This document shows positions 11,956-26,900 of a stretch of DNA of 64,000 bases, piece by piece. The notes beneath the pieces are model-generated. The model searched no databases. It was not told the DNA's origin and saw nothing but the letters and a program-made list of their open reading frames with translations. The stretch's first letter is position 1. Each line of letters starts with the position of its first letter. Origin of the DNA: Dipteris shenzhenensis (lineage: Eukaryota); the NCBI GenBank assembly GCA_047967505.1, contig CM106538.1; one strand, written 5' to 3'. A program made the position numbers and the translations under genes.

Positions 11956-14900
11956 TTCAGTAAAGAATGTGAGTGAGGGTGCTACTCTTATTGTGGATAA
12001 GACCTTGATATTGTTGTTATCTTTTATGGCACGAAGCATGCAAGTGGAAGCTAGGATGACCCAGAGTCTCTTAATGAAATCTGTTATAGTGGGTGGCAAT
12101 TCTACTCATTTTGCTTTAGATACAGGTTGATGGACCTCTTTTGCAAGAGTGCAGCTGATGAGCAAGCATTGCATACTCCACAGCCGGGGGGGGGGATGTC
12201 ATGTGAAATTATATTTTGTTACTACTCGGGGTGGTTAGTGAGTTTTAGTGACACTGTGTAGGAGGCTATGTTGGGTTTGTTTTGTAAGTCCACCTCCGCT
12301 ATGGAGTCCAGAGGGAGGTGGAGTCTCGAGCGAGCTTTCAAATGAAACCCGTTTCATGTTGATCCGGTATATAGTCCAAGTACTAACACACAAAATAGAC
12401 TAAGTCCTACATCACCATATCATTGTATATCTCTACACTGTGCTTGAAACTGGTGCATGTGATAGCACATAGACACATACATACATATGTATGTATCCAA
12501 GAGCATGCCCAAACTCATCTTCCTAAGTCAAAAACAAATAGTGCATTTTTAACCTCATGATAGGGATGGCTACTATGACATTCGATCAACATCATCGGCA
12601 CCCAATGATGGGTATAGATCATTGTATAAAACATATGCTCACACAAACACTCCGATCTACACACCAGCCATTTATACAAAGCTCCTCATAACAAGCTTTT
12701 ATCAACGCTCCAAAGGGAAGGGTAGGCTCGGCCGTTGACGAAGGCTAGCACTAAAGGAGAAAGCTTATCAGAAGGAAGTCTAATTTCTCTTCATTCAAGC
12801 TACGACTTCTACAAGCTAAGAGTATTTCAATTTAGTCCCATACAAACATTTATATGCAAAACAACTTAGAAATTAGAAGTCGGTGATGTGAGCAGAGAGA
12901 AGCCTCAGGCTGACTCTCATAGGTACAACAAATCGTTCCTCCTAGTCAAGCACCAGTCCTCCCAAGTCAACTGGAATTGCAAGGTTGTAACTTGTACTAG
13001 AGTCACGATCATTGCATTCCATTTCTAGGTTCTAGGATCATGATGAAACGACTCTAAGAACCAAGAAATTATCATGCTTTGCAATGTTTGTATGCAGCAA
13101 CTATGGAGGAGATGTACCAAACGAGCACATGTAGCCAGTTGGAATTAGATCAAGATTGAACCATTGGAAGAATGTAGTTTCAATGAGGACATCATCGATG
13201 ATGTAACATGTGAAGGGCATCATGATACACTCAACGATGCCTTGGTGGTGGAAGATAATTTTGTAGTGAGTGTACAAAAGGACAATGCTAGAAAGATCAT
13301 TGCAATTGAGCATGCCACAACTTCAAGAAAAACTTAACAAATTGGAATTTGCATGTCTACTAATAAGGTAGAAACATGTATCTATATGAATTCAAGAACA
13401 TGCCCAAATCGATCCTCTAAAACCAAATTTTCACCCATAATAGTCACCCACAAGGTTGAAAACCATAAACTCATATCATGCATACTAGAGACTAGCCACA
13501 ATGATAATTCTTACCCACATTTTCAACGCTCAACAATGGGTGTAGATCATATTATAAACATATGCTCACAAACCTACACACCCACAAGCACAAGAGGATC
13601 CATTTGTACAAAGGCCTTCATACGAAGTTTCTATTGGCACTCTAGGAAGGGCACACTCAATCATGACAAAGGCTACTACCAAAGGAGAAGGGTAATCAAA
13701 AAGTAGTCCATGTTCCCTTCATCCAAGCTTCATTTGTCTTATACCAGCATTTCTAAGGAAAAAAAGATTAGAAAAGAAATTGATGGTCTCTTCCCCCCTT
13801 CTAGTATAGCTTGGATGCTCTTGATCCTCTTCTCGCGCGAAGTGAGATCAACCATATCATACGCTTAGACCTGCTTCAGCTCTATATGTCACAGACATGG
13901 GAGGGGACCAGGATTTCCCCACCAAGGCCAGATTTTACCCCTTCATACTCTCAAGACCGTAGCTTGGTAATTAGTATCAAGTCCAGCGTTCAGTCTGGAG
14001 TACTGGTGAACCAATCTGAACGACTAGAAGTGCGAGACAACAATGTGGCGACCACTTCTTGAGAGTGTCAGAGGACAAAGTGATCATCAGACCATAGTAT
14101 TTGGAGGACAAGTGAGTCTCACACGCCTTTAGGATTGCATTGGGCAGATCAGCTAAGGATTGAAACAGGTAGAGCCGCAGGCACATCTTGGGAGCAACGA
14201 ATCTGCAAATTATGCACATTGGGTGAGGTAGAGACACAGGAGCACTTCTTATGTAGATCCGAGGACCCTACCATTGCCTTTTCCAAGAGGGGCTTGGATT
14301 CGGGCCTCTCTCCAGATCAATCCACTTCCAAGACCAGGTCTGTGTCTATCTCTACCTAATGGAGATGAGACATCATAGAGAGACCCTTTTGCACCACATC
14401 ACAAAGCGAGAGAGGGCGACACAGCACGGATTTTTAAACATTCGAGTCTGCACCTGGACATGTCGAGATAGAGGAGGAGGAGATTGACGACATGAGAGCA
14501 ATATGGACCAATGAGACGAGACGACGACGAGGGGAGATACAACTAGAGACACTAGAGCCACCCACGATGCAGCAACGGGCTAGAGCACGCATGATGGAGG
14601 TCCAACCTCTTCCAGTTCTATTGGGAGACCGCCCGACCAAAGGTGTTCCTATTGATATGGCCCACAGGATACAAAGAGCTCAGAGACCACGCCCTCTATC
14701 AAAGTGTGAGACGACCAAACAGACACAAATACGAGACATTTTTGCAGCTCACAGGAGGGCCACCATGGCACCTGGATATGTCTTCTAACTCCTTATGTGA
14801 GACTCAGTCTAGCTATTAGTCACTTGTTCTAGAGTTTACATGTTTGTATCTCTGGTTTTAGTCTAGTATAGTTCTCAGCAAAGGGTCTTAGTGTGCCCTT

Positions 14901-17864
14901 TGCCTCAGCCCTTTGTGGCTTGTATGAGTATGTGTCACTTTTGATTTTGTACTTTGTCTCATAGGCCCGTGAGGCCTTTTGAAGACGTAAATACACCTTT
15001 CTTTCTTTCTTTCTCCATTGTTGTCACATCGAGAGCTGCGTAAATTGGATATTTGACTTTTCCCCATCACTTGTCTTGCTTGTATCGTTCCCCAATCATG
15101 TGTCCTCTTCTCAGCTCGTCTCATCACATCAACCTAAGGTGATGTAAACTGTTGGCTGTGGTTACCTGCAACTAGGTCATTAGCCAGACAACACTCCTCG
15201 AACAAGTGGCCCTAGGCTGATAGTAATATCCCTGCAATTGTTTGACCCATTCCTCAATAGCCTTGCAATGTTTGGAGCCATTCGTGCAGGACACCAATTC
15301 TATCAAACGTATTGGAGCTGGAATACATGGGCAGACCAGTATCTTGAGCATGCTTCGCTGAAGTAATGTGTGATTCATTTTCCTCAGTTACATAACACTC
15401 AGATGCAAAGTCCTCTAAGACACTTTCCCTATGAATGTGTGACAAAATAGATGCTTGAGAAAATATCTCTTAAGAGAGCTAAATATTGTACAGCTTTACA
15501 GCTTAGATCTTAGTCTCAAATCCTCTATGAATCAAAGAACATCTGACTGCAAACTCTGGTTGTTCTTGAGCTGCCCAATGCAAAAGATTCATTTGTCTCC
15601 ACATGATGAATGTGATTCCTAAACACTATACTCGCCACATTGGTGAAGCCAGATTTTTTATTAAGATAAGGGAAATGTAGTAATTATGCAATGTTATCAC
15701 CAAGCACTTTTAGTCAATTTCTTGTTGAGAATGAACTCTAACGTGGCAAAGGCAACACTGATTTAGACATTGAGCAGTAAATAGTCTCAATGGTACTTCT
15801 TAGACTTCAGCACTCGATGAGTGTAACTCTGATTAACTACTTTGTATGTACCCACCCGTGTCTAGGATGCTTGCTGGCAAACCTTCAATATGTACGTGAC
15901 ATATGTATGTACGTGGGCAACCACCATAGCACAAATATGATGGCTTTAAAAGAAGGAGCTAAGCTTGTACGCAGGGACAAGCCACAATATACTGTTTTGT
16001 GTAAATTGTCACGTTGTAATTGTGCCCACAGTTCTTGAGAATGGAGAACACCCATCTTCACGAATTACATCTTTAGCACACAAACTAGTTTTCTGAAAGC
16101 ATGGATACTGAAAAGAACCTGTGCTGTTAGTGACTTGATCACTTCCTTTGCAGCTTTGCATTTTGCTGTTTCCTCTCCAGCTATGCTAATGGCTTCTTGT
16201 AACTGACGTGCTGAATGCTTCAGATCCACATCTTGAAGTTGACAACGGCGAGTGAGATTCTCCACCTGTAAAAGGATTAAAATGATTAAAGGCCTCCAAG
16301 AAATAATCACAATAAAAGGAACTTACTTAAATAAAGAGTGGAAATTTTAAGCCAAAGAGCCACAGTATAGTATAAGGACTGATATGTTACCATTTACAAC
16401 TTTCATTGCCAGTAAACATAACAACATGAACAGGGAGTTATAACATAAAATGATGATAAGGGCAGTCAGAACTATGTATATATAAAACTAAGGTGAAATC
16501 CAAAAGATGCTTCTACCTACAAATCCAGGTAACAAGTGTGCACTTATTCTTGATCGTGACATTTCTCAGTATCCACATCTATGCCAACTGCTTGTCTTCA
16601 TCATCCAGCTTATCCCTCTCAAACTGCTTCAGATTCTTACAGAAGAAAATTAATGAACTAATGTTGCTTGGAGCTGTCCAGAGGTGGGAGTATCAGCCTT
16701 CTCCCGCATGAAGAATACTAATCCGAAACTGTTTAGCTGTAATTCAGGACTATCAGTCTTAAGGCTCCTATGAGTGGGCTGCTCCAGCTCCTCCGCCATC
16801 CTCTTGCCCTCCCTCATATCCTTTCGTTGCCCTCTCCCTCCCCTCGTTCCTCTCACACTTCCTCCTAATCATTCCGCTTAGCCCTTGAATTCAATTCATA
16901 GGTCTGCCACCCACCAGTACATGGCTTGGATCTTGGTTCGGAACCGAAGAAAAAAGATACTATGCAAACAAGAATACAAAAAGAAGAACTCCAAGAAGGA
17001 AGCAGACAAAAAGCAGATGGAGACACCTATGGATTTGGACACCTACCCTCCTCCACAGGAGAAAGTTACGAGACAAGGAGATGAGGTCCTCGTGGAGGAC
17101 CCATCCAGCATTCAGGAGGTCCATAGGTATAGGACCCTACAGCGGGATGAGACACCTACCCTGCCGCTAGAGACCGCAGTGGTCGATGGCACTACTTCCC
17201 CTCTTTGGTAGCGAAAGTAGGCAATCTGGCAAGCCTGACAATGCCGATGTCCCAATCCTCCCTCCACCCTCTCCATCCCCCCAAGGAAGTATCCTCTCCC
17301 TCTCTCCCGCCACTTCTCCGGACTCTAGGGTTAACAACCCCCCCCCCTCCCAGTCGCTTTGTCAAGAAATCCAGTCTCCCTCTCCAGCCTCATGCCTCGT
17401 CCCCTCTCCCATCCAGCTCTCCCCCCCCCCCCCCCCAAAAAAAAGGTCTCTGATCTGGTGCCAAAGGAGGTAGGCAAAAGCCACTCCTTGCAGCCTCCCC
17501 ATCCTTAGCTTCCTCCTCTTCGAGGCTAATTTGCAGTCCCATTGCAGGACAACCCTGAATGAGGATTTCTTGAGGGATGGTCCATGGGACTACATGAATG
17601 TTCCTCCAAACTATCTATTGGAGTTATGTGCATCTCATAGTGAGTGAGGGCTGACTTGTGGGTGTGCCCGCCCAGTTCAGGATAGGTTTCCATGTGGGTA
17701 GAGGCCTTTACCAAGGCTATAGGTAGGGCTGAATAGCCCAGGTTTGTAGGGCCACCTGGCAAGGCCAACTTAGGGCCTAACCTTGGTTGGGTCAACATCG
17801 GCCACATGGCTGGCCTTGGGTCACATGGCAGGGCCCTGCCCTCCTTTGTGGAGCATCTCTTGGA

Positions 17865-17910
<46 letters not shown>

Positions 17911-20900
17911 CTCACATGCCTCGCCCCACATCCTGCACTCTCTTCACTAGAGGAGGGGTAAAGGATGCCGTAATGAAACTTCATAATGGCCGAGCGAAGG
18001 ATCATGAGGGGTTATGCACTAAGTTCATTGCATATGGGATTAACCTCCTAGCCCCTCTCTTAGCAAAGCTTTTTAATGAAGCTGTTTGTTTGGGGTTTCC
18101 ACACACTTGAACCATTAACACTATACTATCTCACCCATCCACAAGGCGGGGATCTCATGAGCCCGGAGAACTACATGACCATTATGATTGGACATGTCAT
18201 GTCCAAGATTTATGCATCAGTACTTGACTCCAAGGTTAGCAGACTTGCAAAGTGTCGAGGACTTAGAGCAGCAAGACAGGCCGGATTCCGGCGTGATCAT
18301 GGAACCATGGACCACATTCTCAGCTCAGATGTATCATCAAGGAGGCGAGGTCACGGAAGCAGAGGGTTTATTGTTGCTTTGTGGATTTCCGTAAGGCATT
18401 TGACACGGTTCCGAGAGCCTGCCTCATACGGCGCCTACAAGACTTGGGTTATAACCAGGAGATCATTTGGGCTGTCATGGCACTTTACGAGAGAGTTTCA
18501 GGCAGAGTTCGGGCAGGATCCGGGTGGACAGACGAGATCATGAGCACCATCGGGGTCAAACAAGGGTGTCCTTTGTCGCCTACCTTGTTTGGCCTCTACA
18601 TTGATGAGCTTGAGACAGTGATGCAGACACAGGGGGGTGTAGGTCGCTTTCTTCACATCGAGAGCGGCAGAGCAGAGCGACTACCCAGGGAGAGGCGCAT
18701 ATGCACACTGTGTGACATGCAGGAGGTTGAGATAGAGGAGCATTTCATCTTCAGGTGTCCTATGTACTATGAGATCCGAGGACATTTCCACTGCCTCTTC
18801 ACGGATAGTTAAGGGATTTTGGCCCATTTCCTCTCCTACCCAGACCAGTGGTGGTTGGCAGGTTTCATTCATGAGGCACTTAGACACCGCGAGAGGATAC
18901 TCTAAGCACGAAGACAGGAGCAGACTTCTTCCTCGGTTGATCCCTCTCAGAGCTCTATCACGGAGTTCTTTTAACTAGATCACATGGATCCCCACGAGAT
19001 GAGGCCTCGACATTACCGTGGCCCGGAGCCTGTGACCCGACAGCTCACACAGAGGGTCGACACACAGATCACACTTAGAGAGATCCCCTCCTTGTTTAGA
19101 GTCAGAGCCCGACCGACGGGGGTCACAGTAGCCCTGGTCAGACGTAGAGCTACGACCAGGAGACGTGCCAGGACCGCACCGCTAAGTGGCCAACAACACT
19201 CTATTGCCGACTTCATGCCTCCACTGCCTCATCCATCCTGATATCTTGCTACTGCCGATGATGATGATGATATTGATGATGATGCTGAGATTGATATATA
19301 GTCGACCATTGACATGACTATGTTGTACATAGGACTTAGTACTACCATTCTGCATTTTTGCATTTTGCATTGGTATGGATGCTCGTTTAGTAGCTCCACT
19401 ACCACAGCTTGTTGTATCAGGATTTTTACAATCTCGTAGACCCATCGGTCTTCCAAAGACTTTAATAAATTTTCTTTCTTTTCTTACTCTCTGTGTGTGT
19501 GTGTGTGTGTGTCTACTTCCACACTACACCACTCTCATAGGGTATCAGACGTTGGATTGGCCAAGGACCAAGGAAGGGTAGCATTCAGGCGCATTTTCGG
19601 AAGGCTTGTGCTACGTAGATAATATTCACCTCAAGGGCTGTTTCGCTGCATGCAAGGCTGGTTCACAACAACCGAGGTGTCTGCCTTGAGCGTGGACACA
19701 TTGTGCTAATCGGATTTCTGTTCGCAGCAGCCTTTTCCAAGCCGTGGTCTTGCCCTAGTAGCAGCATCTATGTGACAGCTTGCATACAGGCAAAAGACAC
19801 ATGAAGGTGATTTGTAACAGAGGCCCTTGAAGGGCTGGTTCTAGGTGATTTCAGAGGCAGCAGGAGTAATCCGCCCAAAGCAATCTGATGCAGCAATTCC
19901 CAGCGGACTGTTCGTGGAGATTTGGAACAGCGGGCCCAGCCTGCCGAAGAAGACATGGGGCTGATGAAAGCAGAGGTCTGAACAGCATGCACACGAGGAC
20001 ATGTGGCAGCCGTTCAGGGCTGTCTGCCCACGGTGACATGAGGCAGCAATTCGGAGCAGAAGCACGGGTCGGCTGTTGGAGAAGGCAGCACGGTGCTGAG
20101 TCTTCTCTCTCCCTTACCCCACCTCCCCTTTCCATCTCTTCTTGTCCGTCTGGTAGACTGTTTTTGCAAGGACCCGCAGCAAGGTGCGAGGTATGGAATA
20201 GTTCCATGGGCCTCATTTGGACGAATATGGATGCACACTCCCATGTGCACAAGAGTGTATGGGGGACATGCTACTCCAATGAGAAGCATGGTCACTTGGC
20301 ACAAGATTGCTGGAATAAGTGCACATTCAAGGCAAGGGACAAGTCTTCCCCAGGTCGAGACAAGTTCGAGGATTTACATTCTTCGACAAGGGTTTCAGAG
20401 TTTCTAATGGCAGAACCTGTTTCAAAGGCTCCGGAAGGTGTGTTCCTCTAGTTTAAAGACTCCCCCACAGGTCACAACCAGAGAGGGCTTGTGGGAAGGA
20501 GGTTGAGCTGCTTCTGGCCCTAATCTGTTGTAATTCTGGCACACAAGGTAACAGTGTGGAAATATGGTTCAAGGTTCACTGCTTGGTGGCACAGAGACTA
20601 CGGACCTGATGTGTACCAACCAAAGTCCGGAGTTCCTGTACATGACGTGCTCATTGGAGGATACAGGTCATGGTGTCTACCACAAATCACTAGGAGGCTT
20701 CTCTTAGAGATCACATCGCAAAGATTTGGAGATTGAGATCCTTTCAGAGGGGATCAGCTGCTCTTCCAAGAAATTAGTGCACTTCTCCAGCCGTGAGGCT
20801 GCGATCAGGAGAAGGGCACTTTGGGATAGAGAGAGGGCCTCTCGTGTGAGCTTGGCAGCCATACAGAGATTGGAAAGAGGGCACCAAGGAGTTCTTGTGT

Positions 20901-23900
20901 GATGGGGAGTATGCAGATTTCCAAAGCAGAGATCCACGCCATGCAAAAAGCTAGATTAGAGTACAGATCTCATGCTAGGCTGCATTTTGGACTTAAAGTG
21001 AAGACCGAGTTACCAGAGACTTCTTTCAGACTACAGGTCCCACCCATTCAAGAGAGGGCATCAAAAGTTTGGGAAGGCCGAATGGCACCCTTGCAACTAG
21101 CCCACAGGGTGTGGGATTTGTGGCCATGGACTTTGATAGATCGTTGCTTGGCACTACTTCATGCCTCACGGATACTTGGCAGCCAAGGGGGAGGCTTGGA
21201 GGAGTACGAGGAGTGTGTTCACGAAGGAGATAAGTACTGGTCTTATGAGGCCTTTGACTATCAATGAGCTCGAGAGAGCAATCAAAGCCCTGCCAAAAGG
21301 CAAGTGTCCAAGAGAGGATGATTTACTGCTGATCTTTTTCTAGTCTCATTGGGATCTTATGAGCTCATGCCTTCTCACAACTTCTCAGGATTGGATTCCA
21401 TTCCACACCCACACACTTCACCCATGTGTTTCATATACAAAGATTATGAGTAGGGTCCTCATCCCCAGTCCACGAGCATGCATCCCATTGGCTTGCTAAT
21501 CACCCACTTACCCATGCACTCTCTCGCTTCCACTACGAAGAGATTTCCAACATCCCCTCTCAATGTCAACATGTGAAACTTACGAGCATTGATACAAGAT
21601 TACATAGCATGCGGTAGGAAAATGCCAATGCACAAGATGCATGTTCGCATCTTATACCTCTTTCACTCAGAGGATTCCATCAGAAGTGTCTTTTAACGAG
21701 CTCACAAAGTTGTCCACCTCACATGGCTTCTTTTGCAAGATGACCGATTTCACCACAATGATGACACTTCCTTCGTGAAGGGTCTTTCAAAAAACAATGG
21801 GCCTCATCATGACCCTTACAAAAATTACATTTGAACCAATTGAAAAACTTTTTCTTCTTCCCATGGACTATGGATCGGGTCAATGCTTAACCTGTAGAAG
21901 TGAGTGGGATAGAATAGATGCATCATGGCACAAAGAGAGAGAGCTCAAGTGAGGCAAAATCTATTGTATTAGAATGAAGGAACATCCTCCCTTATATAGA
22001 GTGAGAGGTAGGTGTAGGCACCTCCCCTATATCAGTGGCAATCAGCCCCTACATCAGTGGGACTGGCTAAATAGGAACCTCCCATGTGGGGACCTTTGTG
22101 CTTACATCATCACTTAGGTCACACACTAGACACCTCATAGCACTAGGTGTGCTTCCACAACACACACACACATGTGACTCCCCTAGATGCACACATGCAC
22201 CTTAGAGCAAGCCCTTGATCACACTTATCCCAACATACCCCCCCCTCAAGGATTTGCCTTTTACTATGTCAAGGATACATCTAGTCACATAGTTTCTCAT
22301 GCCATCTCATCGTGGTCACACATGCCATCTCATGGTGGTCAATGATAAATCTATGGCTAGGATCTCATGCTAGCAAAGGTGCCCAAGGGTCAAGGTTTAC
22401 AAAAATGGGATAGACCGAACACATATCACATGGCCTACATCATATGGTGACCAGAGGTGATTTACAAAAGACAAAACACATAGCATTCTTTTTGGAGTAC
22501 TACTCCAGGCAGAGAACCTCAATATTTGACCAAGTGATGATAAACAAAAAATGCAAAGACAAATTGCTCAAAAGGCAAAGTCCTTGTCTTCTACCACAAA
22601 GTTTGATGCTTCATTTGTTGATGGAGGTCTCTCTTCAACCAGATTTGTCATACTCCTCTTTTTCTCATTGCAAAACTTCTCTAAGTGATTGTTCTTGCCA
22701 CAATAAGAGCAAGGGTTGATTTTATAACAATCATTCTCAAGATGATTATTTTTCCTACAATGTTTGCATGCCTTGTACCTGCTCTTTGAAAACTTCACTG
22801 CAAGTGCTTCTGTGTGCATTTTACCCATTCTTGAAGTGTTCTTTATTTCCTCTTCTTACAAAGCACTGATGATGCCCTTCAGTGTGGTTGGGGAAGATTC
22901 TCCGAAGTAGTAACCACATAGTCAAAGTCTTGAGGCATACTCTTTAAGAGCACATCCACAGCATCATCCTCAGTGACAGGAGAGTTAATTGAGCTAGTTG
23001 TGTCATAAGACTCCTCATAGTATTAACATGAACAGCAACATTATCTCCCTCCATTTTAAGTTCAAAGAACTTAATTTTCAAATGTAATTTGGAAGTATGA
23101 GAGCTAGCACCAAATAATATGTCTAACTTATGCCATGCTTCAAAAGGGGATTCCAAATTTGAAATGTGGTGTACATAATCATCTCCCAAACCTAATGCAA
23201 TTATTGCATAAGCTTTCTCTATCCTTTTTGCATCTGCAGGTGTAGAAGTAGAGTCAGTGGCCTTCCCTTTACCTTTGGTTGTAGTTGATTCACCTTCTTG
23301 AGAGAATTGAGTTCCTGCCTTGACTAAGTCCCATAAATTTTCTTTCATAAGCATAAACTTTATCTTCATCTGCCAAGTATGAAAGCCTTGGCCATTGAAC
23401 TTGTCAAATTTATAGGTAGCCATGAGAGAATCTTACCTTTTTCAGGCAGTGTCTACTCTCTTACAAAATGACTAATCTTGTTGAACAAAGAAATCTCCCT
23501 CACCACACAAATGTAGATTGTAAGAGATAAACTCAAAAAATCCTATTTGTTTAGCATATTCATACCCAGTTGGCTTCTCCCAAAGTTTCTTGGCTAGGGT
23601 CTTCTTTACTTTGAACTTTGTCCTTCTTGTAATCTTCTTCAAGTGCTTAGCATTGGAAGAACAATCAGAGCTTGGCATCTTGACAAGAGATTAGTTCCAA
23701 CTTCAATCTGAAATTACATTCTCTGATCTGTACCTTAGCATCACTTCATTCCTCGAACATCATCCTAGCATTTACTCTAGCATCAAGTTTTCAAAACTGT
23801 CAAAAATGCTTTGCAGAATACTAGCTCAACTTAGAGGGCAGAATTCACACAACTGGAGAAGAGTTTGAGAGGGCTTTCTATGCAAAACTAAAGCTTGAAT

Positions 23901-26900
23901 ACCAAGATAGCTTAGGCGAAATAGTGCGCCATTCTGTCTGGAAGAGCTGCGCCTTCTTCGACTGTTCTTTCCTTCATTTCTCCTCGCTCCAGCAAGCATT
24001 GGCCCTCAGAATTCACCAATAGCAAGCTCTAGGCATAGCCTAACTTGTGCTTGAAGGATTTTGGCAGTAGGTGAGTACAGAGGCGAAAATGCATGTTTTT
24101 TCGTCAACCTCTGTTTGGATCAACACGGGTGATAGAGACTATCTCTGAAGGAATGCTCTGAGCAAGAGGTGCACCCCATAGGGTAGAGTCTTCAGCTAAG
24201 AGGGCGTGGTAAAAGACGCAAGGAATGGAGAGAAAAAAGCTAAGCCATTTCTGAAGAGGAAGGAAGAAGAAAGCTTCAAAAGTAGGTGATGGAGAAGATG
24301 ATGAGGTGGCACTACCAAAGTGGGTTCTCTAAAGCCTACCAGCTCTGATACCAAATGTAGAAGTGAGTGGGATAGAATAGATGCATCATGGCACAAAGAG
24401 AGAGAGCTCAAGTCAGGCAAAATCCATTGTATTAGAATGAAAGAACATCCTCCATTATATAGAGTGAGAGGTAGGTGTAGGCACCTCCCCTATATCAGTG
24501 GCAATCAACCCCTACATCAGTGGGACTGGCTAAATCAAAGGAACCTCCCATGTGGGGACCTTTGTGCTTACATCATCACTTAGGTCACACACTGGACACC
24601 TCATAGCACTAGGTGTGCTTCTACAACACACACACACACACACACATGTGACTCCCCTAGATGCACACATGCACCTTAGAGCAAGCCTTTGATCACACTT
24701 ATCCCAACATAACCTCCACCCGTTAAGCGCAATAACAGCCAATGCTTGCTCTTCAATATCCTCATCATCCGTAATGATGTCAATCTGCTTCGTCCATTTC
24801 ACATAGGGCCACAAACCTTTGTATATCAACAAGTACTTGACTTGTGTCTGCCACGTGTAAAACCCCTCTTCATCAAATGGCTTGATATGACCAAAAGAAA
24901 TTTCTTTTCTCACCATTTCAAAGGAATACAAGTGCTGTAAGTGGTAGACATGCAGAAAAGATGAAGGCAATAATAGCCAATAAATGGCTCAAAAAACTAG
25001 CTCCTTAAATGCCTTGGGAAAAAGTAAAGGAAAGATGCAGTCAACTGCAATGTTGACTTTCTGAAACGAACCTTTGGAGAGGCTTTATGGGCCAAAAAAT
25101 TAAGGATGTGACGTGTCAATTATCAGCCAAAGGTTGAAGTGTAAAACAAAAGCGTCGAAAAAACTTCGGCATTGAAATCTCGGCGAGTAGAGGTCCTCAG
25201 CTGCAACTTGCAGTAGTAGTATGTAGTTTCTCTTTCAATAAAGAACTGTGTAGCAACTTAAAGAGTAATACATGCATGCTCACAAAGAGCGAAACATAGT
25301 CTGGTAAAAAATAAGGAGAAATAGCAATAGAAGAGCTGAATCGCTGTTATGAAGCTCGCAGATCCAAGAAAAGACTTGTAGTTTATATGCATGAAATCAG
25401 TTGGCGTTGACACTCTGATAATAACCATTACTAAGAGGATAAAGAGATCGATGCCCAAAAATAGCCAGTGGTGTCATATAGACCAGCAAAGGAAAGTCGT
25501 CACGGCTATGCTCAAGTGCGACAAAACCGTGAACCGAAGAAAGTATTGGACTGTAGAGATGAAGGCCTTCGCCAGTCAACCCTCTTGTATAGTCCCACAA
25601 AAAAGCAGCTCATAAAACTTTAACTGGCTCGATATGCCATAGGCCATCAACAACCTCCACAAATGCATAGTCTACCAAAGCGTTCCAAGACAATTTCACA
25701 AACAACACGGACCCTTAATGTCACAGGAGACTAAGCAAACAAGCTACAGTTCACTAACATAGACTCTACAAGTAGCAAGTGGGAAGTGGGAGCAGAATGG
25801 CAAGGCTCTATTACCATGTAGAAAGAATGGATCTCTAAGCTCAATGGAGAGAGGAGACTCAAAACGAGGGTGGAAGCTCACATAAGAGTTCAAAAATGGG
25901 AGACAAGAAGAGAGAGAGACCAAGCTTATCCAACTTCCAATATTGGATTTCATTCCATAACCACACAATTCAACCATGTGTGTTCTCATACAAAGAGTAG
26001 GATTAGGGTCCTCAGCCCCAATCCACAAACATGCATCCCATTGGCTTGCTAATCACCCACTCACCCATGCACTCTCTTGCTTTCACAAGGAAGAAATTTC
26101 CAACACACGGACTTGGATGATCCCAGAATATGATAGACCCAATTGAGAGTGCAGTTCTGAGGACTGGAGAGTAGTTCAAGAGCCACATGTTGCACAGGCT
26201 CATTCATGTCTTGGGTATTTCACCAAACATGAGATATTGCTTTTGGTGGTGGGTATCTCAAGCCAATTCTCTTTCACATTTACGGTGCGGGATGACGATA
26301 GGATGCAAAGACAATAGGTCAAAATGGAGGAGTTTGGAGGATGTACACCTCAAAGAGTCAAGATAGTAGCTCAATATCAGAGGAGGTGGTACATTGATTC
26401 AAATCCATGCACAACAAAGGAAGTGGCTTGGAGGTGGTGTGTTTGGGAGAGAAGACTCTTGCAGAGGCTTCATTGGGTCCCAGGAGAGTAGTTTTGGAGA
26501 GACCCTGTCATTCAAGATGCCCCTGATATTCCCTTTTCTCAGCTATTCATTGTGTATGTCCCCCCATACATTGAACAATGGAAAATATTAGTTGTGGAGA
26601 AGAGAAGAGGGGTGAAAAGGAAAGGAAAAGGGCATGATTAAACTAAGGGATAAAGGGGGGAGGGAGGAGTTTCAATTAAGAGGGACCACTTAAGAAGGGG
26701 GCATTAAAGAAGAAGGCAAGTGCTAAGGGGGAGGGATACTAGGGACCATTTGAGGGGACTTTAAAGAAGAACTCACGTACTAAAGGGGGAGGGGGAGGGG
26801 GAGGAGGGACCCTTTATAATATTTTAGTTAGCACTAGTTATGCTCTTCCACTCTATAGCTTAGTGGTAGGGCTCACATGTGGGAAAGACAACATTGTGGG

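Larger units (their letters stand above)
21390..25100 (-). mobile_element. Older Copia gag relic interrupted by the 21893-24709 insertion
   Basis: [27 protein letters not shown] (24900-24715) continues past the TSD into [12 protein letters not shown] and [10 protein letters not shown] (21830-21730); 21390-21555 also repeats at 25943-26105. Confidence 0.7.
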
